This document shows, piece after piece, positions 57,031-64,000 of a stretch of DNA of 64,000 nt. The DNA is taken from contig CALODR010000009.1 in NCBI GenBank assembly GCA_942492175.1, positions 249,711-313,710 of the forward strand, read 5' to 3'. This DNA is from an uncultured bacterium (GTDB taxonomy: Bacteria; Acidobacteriota; Aminicenantia; UBA2199). The notes beneath the pieces were generated by a model that ran no database searches, was not told the DNA's origin, and saw only the letters and a program-made list of their open reading frames with translations. Numbering within the stretch: the first letter of the stretch is position 1; each line of letters begins with the position of its first letter. The translations under genes and the position numbers were made by a program.

Positions 57031-57858
57031 TTACTTACTTTTCTTCAATTGAGAATATCGTTTTTTGATATCATTCAGATCTGTAGGGGCAGGTCTTTTT
57101 TCAACTATTTTCATTTTCCACAATTTTGCATATTTCAGGAACACGTAATACATTGATAATCCGGAAACAATAAGCCCCGGTTTTCCGTCAAGGAATCCAA
57201 GCTGCAGGATGTAGTGGCGGAAGAATCTCCAGGACGGAGTAAAAGTGAGGTTCAGAAAACTTGGTTTTACCCCTTTGTCTCTCATATCTTCGGCTGCCCA
57301 AGTTGTGTACATATCGTATGTTTTCATTATCTGCAAATAGCTCCAATATGTGTAATGGTCAAATTTTGCCCTCAGTTTTCCAACCTTGCCTGAACTGATT
57401 ATTATCTCAGAATGGACTCTCATATCTTTGTATTTCGCCAAATCCCTTTTGAACAATCTAAGAACACTATCGTTTCCCCATCCGCTCCTCTTTACATGGA
57501 CTCCAAAAAGATAGTTCCTTCTTCCTATAAAGTATCCGTCATGTTCCGGAGTCTCTTTTTCAAGTGTAGCTGATATTTCTGCTGCCAGCTCGGGAGTAAC
57601 CCTCTCATCAGAATCAACTATTAAAACCCATTCGTGTTCCGCTTTCGGAATGGCCCAGTTCTTAAAGTTCGCTGAATTTATGTATTCTCGCTCAATTATC
57701 CGGCAATTATACTCTCTGGCGATTTCCATTGTTTTATCCGAGGATCCTGAATCGGCAACCAGAATTTCATCTGCGATGGGAAGTACACTTTCAATACAGA
57801 AAGTTATATTCTTTTCTTCATCTTTACATGGGATAATAACACTCAGTTTATTTGGCAT
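57031..57858 (-). CDS. GT2 glycosyltransferase (WaaE/KdtX-like, LPS-related)
   Basis: ADSGSSDKT, WVLIVDSDE, RLFK, VHSE, GFLDG. Confidence 0.88.
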   Translation of the reverse strand: MPNKLSVIIPCKDEEKNITFCIESVLPIADEILVADSGSSDKTMEIAREYNCRIIEREYINSANFKNWAIPKAEHEWVLIVDSDERVTPELAAEISATLEKETPEHDGYFIGRRNYLFGVHVKRSGWGNDSVLRLFKRDLAKYKDMRVHSEIIISSGKVGKLRAKFDHYTYWSYLQIMKTYDMYTTWAAEDMRDKGVKPSFLNLTFTPSWRFFRHYILQLGFLDGKPGLIVSGLSMYYVFLKYAKLWKMKIVEKRPAPTDLNDIKKRYSQLKKSK

Positions 57859-57985
57859 TCAGATTTCTCCTATTCAACCTTAGTATTATATCAGAAGCAG
57901 CATAAGAGTAACAAAATTGAGTATTGACTCGATTGTGACCTTATAGATTTGAAATTTAAAAGCCTTTATTGTATACATTTTTTAT

Positions 57986-59191
57986 ATGTTTAAAAGTAAA
58001 AAGAATAGAGATTCAGCACTCCTTATTTTTATGGCACTTGTTATGGTTGTCTTTCTCCTCTATCTCTTCTTCCCTTCTGCTTCAGGGAATGAAAAGGATA
58101 GCAAAGTTCCTTTAAAAAAAATAAAGAGAGTGAAAACTCCCGAGAAAAACCGGGAAATAGTTGAAAACGGAAAGAACTTATTTGCGGATCTGAGGGAGAT
58201 CTTAAGGGTATATTTTAACGGGGTCAATACAGGAGACAGGGCCATTATCGATATCCCTGTCGAGAAGATCGAAGAGGAGCTCAGGCGGTTACTGGATCAG
58301 AAGTATTCCGAAGAGATAGTAAGAACCCTTAAATACAGGCTTAGAGATTTAGACAGGGCGATAGATGTATTTAAGGATTCCGAACTTTCTGATCCGGAAA
58401 AATTTGATCTTTATATTGCCCTTTTCCTGATCAGAGCATCCCGGGAGGATATAATCGGAAGGAGCCTGAACTATACTTTAGATGAGATAAAAGCCCTGCT
58501 TAGTCTTAAACATTATTCACTTATTAATAATGAAGCTTCTGAAAACTATCACGCAATTCCGGTGATAATTTATGCAGATATATTGATAAAAAAAGCGGAT
58601 TTATTTATGCCCGGAGAAGATGCAAAGATTTTTTCGGATATGCTGAGCAAGATAGGGGATATCTCTCCAATGCAGCATATTAATTCACTGAAAGATATTT
58701 TTTCCTTTTCAAAGGAGCTTAGAAAATTTTCATTCACCTGGGTGGAAAAAGATGCACTCGATCCCGATGACAAAGGAGAGTATAAAAATGTCAGCGTAAA
58801 GAGGCGGAGGTCTTTTAAACTCTTTTATCTTCTATTTCCCAATCCCGTAAAAGGGGGTGATAATACTTGGATAAAGGATCTTGTAAGTGCAGACAGCGGG
58901 TCCATTGAATTGTCAGACTTGAAAATTGCTGATGAAACCCCAGGCGAGAACTATTCAGCAAAATCTTTAATATATTCAGCCGGTACATCCCGTTTCATTA
59001 TTGTCATGGACTCGCCTTCTTTTGTTTCAGAACGGGGATATATTGCCATAATGATGAATGAAAAAATGAGCAGGGTGAACTCAGAAAATGTAGTTATAAA
59101 CTTTGCGGAAAAACTTTATTCTAAAAAAGAGTTCCAGAATAAAATGGGGATTTTCGGCAAGTTCCTCTACAAAATCCGTTCAGTGTTCTGA
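57986..59191 (+). CDS. Membrane-anchored hypothetical protein
   Basis: 401-aa ORF with one N-terminal TM helix; no motif recognised. Confidence 0.7.
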   Translation: MFKSKKNRDSALLIFMALVMVVFLLYLFFPSASGNEKDSKVPLKKIKRVKTPEKNREIVENGKNLFADLREILRVYFNGVNTGDRAIIDIPVEKIEEELRRLLDQKYSEEIVRTLKYRLRDLDRAIDVFKDSELSDPEKFDLYIALFLIRASREDIIGRSLNYTLDEIKALLSLKHYSLINNEASENYHAIPVIIYADILIKKADLFMPGEDAKIFSDMLSKIGDISPMQHINSLKDIFSFSKELRKFSFTWVEKDALDPDDKGEYKNVSVKRRRSFKLFYLLFPNPVKGGDNTWIKDLVSADSGSIELSDLKIADETPGENYSAKSLIYSAGTSRFIIVMDSPSFVSERGYIAIMMNEKMSRVNSENVVINFAEKLYSKKEFQNKMGIFGKFLYKIRSVF

Positions 59192-59192
59192 A

Positions 59193-59738
59193 TTAGATCT
59201 TTAAGCCGTCTCTGAAGGGTAAAAAGGTCATGAAATCTGCATGATGAACGACATAAGCTTCAGTTGATCTTTTAACCATATTTCCTTCACCTGCATGAGT
59301 GGCTATTATATGGCAGACCTCCGGAGGGCATCCTGCTTCCTCGGCAAGAGAAACACCTGAGAATGGATGACGAAGATATTTTCCGTAAGTTCCCTGAACA
59401 GCTTTTCCGTCTTTTAAGACATACTCAAGCAGTTTACCGACATCTGCAAGAATAGCACCCGATATAAGTACATCCATATTTACAGGAAGATCATCTTTGA
59501 AGAATTCATTCATCTTTTTTCCGCTTTCGAGTGCAATATGGACAACAGCTCTCTTATGGGCCATAAATGTTACTTTCAGATCCGGGACAAGAAGGGTGAA
59601 AGGGATAGTGTTAAGATCCTCAACTGTGAGGACAGATCTTTCAAGTGCGATCTCCCAGGTTTTGGCTGTTTTTTCTCTCAGGTCTATATTTCCTATCCAA
59701 TCAAGTTCGGGCCATAACTTTTTTACTTCTTCTCTCAT
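59193..59738 (-). CDS. HD-superfamily phosphohydrolase-like protein (AD in place of HD)
   Basis: MAH, GAILADVGKLLEY, HPFSG, HIIATH, HHAD. Confidence 0.75.
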   Translation of the reverse strand: MREEVKKLWPELDWIGNIDLREKTAKTWEIALERSVLTVEDLNTIPFTLLVPDLKVTFMAHKRAVVHIALESGKKMNEFFKDDLPVNMDVLISGAILADVGKLLEYVLKDGKAVQGTYGKYLRHPFSGVSLAEEAGCPPEVCHIIATHAGEGNMVKRSTEAYVVHHADFMTFLPFRDGLKI

Positions 59739-59834
59739 TTAAGACTCCTGTTAACTTTTAAAAGTGCATTCTATAAAAACTCTGTTATAAAGTAAACAAA
59801 TTTCAGAAAAATATTTCTGCTTTGTTTAAATTAT

Positions 59835-59861
59835 GTAGAAAGGTACCTGTCCCCTTTCTAC
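59835..59861. repeat. REP-like element, copy 4 (one arm inside a GTAGAAAGG/CCTTTCTAC hairpin)
   Basis: GTAGAAAGGTACCTGTCCCCTTTCTAC. Confidence 0.65.
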
Positions 59862-59956
59862 TCTGCAGAGTAAATGCAGAATTCATTCATGGTTGTTTTT
59901 GAGTTCGGAAGAGATAGATGTTATAATTTTTTACGCTGCTAAAGCTGTGAGGTAAG

Positions 59957-61864
59957 ATGATAACGATTCAGAAAGAGCTTAGAGATATATTATTTAATGA
60001 ACTGAAAACGGATTATGAGATCGAATCTGATGACATCCAATTTTCAATTCCACCTCAGAGGAAATTCGGGGATATTTCCTCAACCATACCTTTTGTCCTT
60101 GCTAAGAGAGCGGGGGAAAAGCCTTTTCTGATAGGTAAAAAACTTATTGAAAAACTCTCAGGAAAAATTCCTTTTATTTCTAAAGTAAGAATTGAAGGGG
60201 GCGGATTTCTGAACTTCACATTGGAGAGGAAGTACTTACTTGATCATCTCCTTTCAAAGAGGGGACTTGAACCTGAGAAAAAAGGCATTAAAGTTATTGT
60301 TGAACACACCAGTATTAATCCTAATAAATCAGCACATATAGGTCATATTAGAAATTCCAGTCTTGGTGACACTCTTGCTAAATCTTTAAAATTTCTCGGA
60401 TTCGAAGTTGAGATACAAAATTATCTGGATGATACAGGGATACAGGTTGCTGATGTAGTTTGGGGATTGATGGAACTGGATGGGAAAAGTGGAGATGAGA
60501 TAAAGGCAATTGATAATCTCCCGGTATTTTTATGGAAAAGGTACCCTTTTTATAGTCAGCAATTATCAGAAAATGATAAAAAAAGTCATGCAAGGAATCT
60601 GGTTCATAAAAGGATAGAAGAGAAAAAAGATCCTTATTATTCCATAAGTTCTTATATTGCCGAAGTTGTAGTTAAGGATCATATAGATCTGATGGAGCGT
60701 CTTAATATAAGGTATGACAGCCTTGTAAGGGAGAGTGATATCATCGAGCTTCATCTTTTTGAAGAAGCATCCGGAATTCTTAAAAAGAAAAAAATAATGT
60801 ACCCGTCAGATGATCCTGATAAGGATAATTGTTGGGTGATAAAATACAGACGTGAAAATCTTGAGAAGATTGTTATCAGATCAAACGGGACAGCAACTTA
60901 TATAGCGAAAGACATTGCGTATGCACTCTGGAAAGTAGGGCTTCTTGAAAAAAATTTTTATTTCAAAGATTTTTATAAATACGAAGACGGACAGATCATA
61001 CATATGTCGGATTTCAAAAAGAATGGTTCTCAGATGGACTATGGCAATGGAGACAGGGTATTTACAGTCATTGATGTGAGACAGTCATATCTTCAGAAGA
61101 TAATTTCGGAAGAGGTTATATCTCCTCTGAGTGAAAAGGGGAAAGAGAAGGAGTACATTCATTTTTCTTATGAAATGGTTGCTTTAACTCCTGGTTGTGT
61201 CGAGGATCTCGGTTTTGATTTGTCGGATGAGGAGAAGAAGAGATCATACGTTGAAGTTTCGGGAAGAAAAGGGATCGCAGTAAGCGGAGAAGAGCTGATT
61301 GATAAACTTATTGAAAAATCGAAAGGAGAGATTGTTAAGAGAAATCCGGACCTGAACAAAAATTCTATCGATCTCATTGCAGAGGATATAGCAGTAGGAG
61401 CATTAAGATATTATATGATCAAATTTAACTCCAACTCGGTAATCTCCTTCGATTTTGATGATGCCCTTTCATTTGAAGGAGATACAGGCCCGTATATGCA
61501 GTATACGATTGCCAGGATTAACAGTATTTTCAGGAAGATCGACGGAGCTGTAATTTCCGGAAATACTCCTGACCCTGCAGTTCTGGGGGATAAAGAATCG
61601 GAGCTCTTTTTTGATATTCTGCTACACATATCGTTGATCGAAGTTCAACTTGATCATGCTGTTGAAAAAAGGGAAATCTCTTCCATTGCCAGTCATTCCT
61701 ATCAATTGTGTCAGAAAATGAACCATTATTATCATCAGTATCCTGTAATCTCTGAAACTGATCCGAATCTTAAAGGTTTAAGAATTATATTACTCGGGCT
61801 GTTCAGAGAGAACGTGTCTACCCTGTTCGGAATAATGGGGATACCAGTTCCGGAAAGGATGTAG
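59957..61864 (+). CDS. argS: Arginine--tRNA ligase
   Basis: FGD, GGFLNF, EHTSINPNKSAHIGH, YIAKDIAY, SGRKG, EGDTGPYMQY, PERM terminus. Confidence 0.95.
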   Translation: MITIQKELRDILFNELKTDYEIESDDIQFSIPPQRKFGDISSTIPFVLAKRAGEKPFLIGKKLIEKLSGKIPFISKVRIEGGGFLNFTLERKYLLDHLLSKRGLEPEKKGIKVIVEHTSINPNKSAHIGHIRNSSLGDTLAKSLKFLGFEVEIQNYLDDTGIQVADVVWGLMELDGKSGDEIKAIDNLPVFLWKRYPFYSQQLSENDKKSHARNLVHKRIEEKKDPYYSISSYIAEVVVKDHIDLMERLNIRYDSLVRESDIIELHLFEEASGILKKKKIMYPSDDPDKDNCWVIKYRRENLEKIVIRSNGTATYIAKDIAYALWKVGLLEKNFYFKDFYKYEDGQIIHMSDFKKNGSQMDYGNGDRVFTVIDVRQSYLQKIISEEVISPLSEKGKEKEYIHFSYEMVALTPGCVEDLGFDLSDEEKKRSYVEVSGRKGIAVSGEELIDKLIEKSKGEIVKRNPDLNKNSIDLIAEDIAVGALRYYMIKFNSNSVISFDFDDALSFEGDTGPYMQYTIARINSIFRKIDGAVISGNTPDPAVLGDKESELFFDILLHISLIEVQLDHAVEKREISSIASHSYQLCQKMNHYYHQYPVISETDPNLKGLRIILLGLFRENVSTLFGIMGIPVPERM

Positions 61865-61871
61865 GGAGAAA

Positions 61872-62345
61872 ATGAAAATCAGAATAATTACAATTGTTTT
61901 CCTTATTCTTGCATTCATCGGTGGATGTATCTATTTTGAGAAGAAAAAGGGTGAATTAATATCTGAACTTGATAATGTAAGATCTGAGCACAGCAGTATG
62001 ATTTCCAAACAGATCAGAATCGATGAATTAAAAAAGAAGAGGGCGGAATATTTTGAGAGGGTTTTTATGATTAACAGGCCGGGGGATATAAACAGATCTT
62101 TAACAGGCCTGATAAGTGTCCTTGTCATGATGGATGACAGATCAGTAAGATTTTCTGAAATAAATATTAAAAGCAGAACCGGAGCTATTGAGTTTGAAAT
62201 AACCGGGTACTCACGAAAGACAGCATTTCTCCTTGATCTTACCGATAAACTTGAGAGCTCAGCCGGTGCCTTTATAATTTCAAAAACGGTCAGCGAAAAA
62301 AATCCCGGGGAATTTATAATAAGGGGGGAGGTAGCGGCTGAATGA
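61872..62345 (+). CDS. PilN/GspL-like bitopic membrane protein
   Basis: TM helix, coiled coil, then a ferredoxin-like pattern (FEITGYS...L.D.LE). Confidence 0.5.
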   Translation: MKIRIITIVFLILAFIGGCIYFEKKKGELISELDNVRSEHSSMISKQIRIDELKKKRAEYFERVFMINRPGDINRSLTGLISVLVMMDDRSVRFSEINIKSRTGAIEFEITGYSRKTAFLLDLTDKLESSAGAFIISKTVSEKNPGEFIIRGEVAAE

Positions 62346-63019
62346 AAAAAGGGATTTTTATTAAATCTGTCTCCTTCCTGCTTTTTTTCTTATTCCTTAT
62401 TTCATTGTATCTCGGGTTCTACTTATTTCCATCGCTAAAAAAAATAAATATGCTTAAGAGAGGGATAAAGCAATATACTATAAAAATTGAAAATGCAAAG
62501 ATAGAAAAAACAATATTTATTAAAAATGATAATAGAGAGGATCTGCTTTTCAAAGAGTGTGAATCTGAATTTTTAAAAAGGCTCGAAGAGTGGAAAAATG
62601 ATAAGATCACTTTTCGTGATGCTCTTCGAAACAGGGGGGAAAAGGCAGGTGTCAGCAGATTGAGAATTTCTTCTGAATCTGGTGAGAACATATTTTCTTT
62701 CTCTCCCGGCAGTGAGCTAATAAAACAGAAAAATATTGATATGACTTTTATTGCCGGGCTCCGATATGGCGGTGAATTTATAAGGGTCCTACCTTTATCG
62801 GGACAATACTTGCTCATAACAAATATAAGCGCTGTCCGAACGGGAGGCTACTACAATTTCACTGTTAATACTAAACATCTTTATATAGGGGAGGTAGAAA
62901 CAGACAAGACTAAACCTTCAAGCCTGAGGAAGGGTGACCTGTTAGATATGAATTCCCCTCTATTGAAAAGGCCGGTCTACCTCAGTTCTCAAAAGATAAG
63001 GAGAGGGACGGGGAAGTGA
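62342..63019 (+). CDS. PilO/GspM-like bitopic membrane protein
   Basis: TM helix, coiled coil, beta-rich C-terminal domain; start overlaps the PilN-like gene stop. Confidence 0.45.
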   Translation: MKKGIFIKSVSFLLFFLFLISLYLGFYLFPSLKKINMLKRGIKQYTIKIENAKIEKTIFIKNDNREDLLFKECESEFLKRLEEWKNDKITFRDALRNRGEKAGVSRLRISSESGENIFSFSPGSELIKQKNIDMTFIAGLRYGGEFIRVLPLSGQYLLITNISAVRTGGYYNFTVNTKHLYIGEVETDKTKPSSLRKGDLLDMNSPLLKRPVYLSSQKIRRGTGK

Positions 63020-63468
63020 GGATCGTTGTTCAGAGGGTACGATCTGCTGATGTCAGAGTAGGTTCCAAAATTGTAGGTAAGATAGGACCCGGGCTGCTTA
63101 TATATACAGGGATCGAAAAAGGGGATTCTGAAAAAGAGATAGAATTTATTGCAGATAAAGTTCTGAACCTCAGGATATTTCCTGATAAGAACGGAAAGAT
63201 GGACAGGTCTGTAATTGAATTGTCAAAAGGTGCAATCCTTTCAATATCTCAGTTCACTCTCGCTTCCTATATCAGGAAAGGACGGAGGCCCGATTTCTCT
63301 AATGCAATGGAGCCGGAGATAGCGGAAGAGCTCTATCACAAATTCAACAAAATTCTGGATAGAAATATAAAGGTCGAAACTGGGATTTTTGGAGAGATGA
63401 TGGATGTAACATCAGTAAATGACGGACCTGTAACTTTTATTCTGGAAAAAAAATTCTCTAATCCCTGA
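63016..63468 (+). CDS. dtd: D-aminoacyl-tRNA deacylase
   Basis: MRIVVQRV, LRIF, SQFT, GRRP, NDGPVT. Confidence 0.96.
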   Translation: MRIVVQRVRSADVRVGSKIVGKIGPGLLIYTGIEKGDSEKEIEFIADKVLNLRIFPDKNGKMDRSVIELSKGAILSISQFTLASYIRKGRRPDFSNAMEPEIAEELYHKFNKILDRNIKVETGIFGEMMDVTSVNDGPVTFILEKKFSNP

Positions 63469-63470
63469 AA

Positions 63471-64000
63471 TTATTTTCCCGGGACTATTTCAATTCTGTA
63501 TTTTCCAATCTGAGGGTTTTCATATGATCTGTATCCCCCTTTAATATAAAGCGCTATCTGATCGTCATAAAATCTGCTCATAAAATGTCCGCTCTGTCCT
63601 GATGAGTTTATCATTTTTGAATTTGAATGATCTCCCATATCAATGATCATCCTGAAAGTAGACAGATGGACCACATTAAAGTCGGTTCTATTCCTGAATG
63701 TTGATACCATTATGCAATCTTTCCCGCCTTTAACTCCGTAAGGCCCTCTATTCAGAAAATATTTCAGGGGAAAGACAGAGCCGAGAGGATGAGTATATTT
63801 TAGTTTATGGATGTCTTTCCATTCAAGTGATCCCTTGTCTTTTCTTGCAAGATAATCTTTATTTGTCAGTTCAAGAGCCTTTTCAATAATGTCTGTGAAT
63901 GTCTCCTCAACATCTGTTCCCCGGATATCAGCCCATCTGTCAACCGCATATTTGTCAAAATCTCCGCCCGGATATTTTAACAGGCGGTATATCCAGGACC
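63471..64000 (-). CDS. Penicillin acylase family (Ntn-hydrolase), C-terminal part; 5' end outside the window
   Basis: Frame open to the window edge: W..IH..KYTHPLG...LNRGP...STFRMIID...GQSGHFMSRFYDDQ. Confidence 0.85.
   Translation of the reverse strand, partial: SWIYRLLKYPGGDFDKYAVDRWADIRGTDVEETFTDIIEKALELTNKDYLARKDKGSLEWKDIHKLKYTHPLGSVFPLKYFLNRGPYGVKGGKDCIMVSTFRNRTDFNVVHLSTFRMIIDMGDHSNSKMINSSGQSGHFMSRFYDDQIALYIKGGYRSYENPQIGKYRIEIVPGK

Noticed and set aside
934-62817. Numerous short antisense or nested ORFs in the six-frame track (e.g. 9920-10525, 31587-32135, 35345-35830)
   Set aside because: They lie wholly within well-supported genes on the other strand or frame and show no recognisable motifs; treated as shadow ORFs

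Overview
AT-rich, gene-dense bacterial chromosome segment with no integrase, transposase, prophage or CRISPR array. Gene content suggests an Acidobacteriota-related lineage, possibly Ca. Aminicenantes; this is an inference from the GWxTD protein, the amidase-GerMN-murI cluster, a divergent Hfq-like gene after a glmU-like gene, and an HTSxNP-type ArgS. Housekeeping genes: glyA, rpiB, nnr-tsaE, alaS, pilT, acpS, murI, bcp, pdxA, argS, dtd. RNA genes: tRNA-Val(TAC), tRNA-Asp(GTC) and tmRNA in one cluster. Also present are a TetR-TolC-HlyD-ABC efflux operon and an RsbV/RsbW/RsbU-type partner-switching module. Most notable observations: (1) a P-loop protein matching the arginine synthetase (ArcE) family, directly upstream of carbamate kinase; (2) an ECF sigma / small membrane protein / HtrA-like PDZ protein operon in which the catalytic triad appears lost; (3) a membrane TPR protein coupled to a PP2C/SpoIIE phosphatase with four tandem Zn-ribbon modules; (4) an Omp85-like protein with an HExxH domain and a beta-propeller, preceded by two lipoproteins; (5) a GlmU retaining only the acetyltransferase half; (6) an unassigned protein of about 735 aa with a possible B3/EcoRII-like segment; (7) a dispersed REP-like palindrome family (GGGGACAGRYACC arms) in four intergenic positions. 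All protein family calls come from motif recognition by eye, not from database searches.
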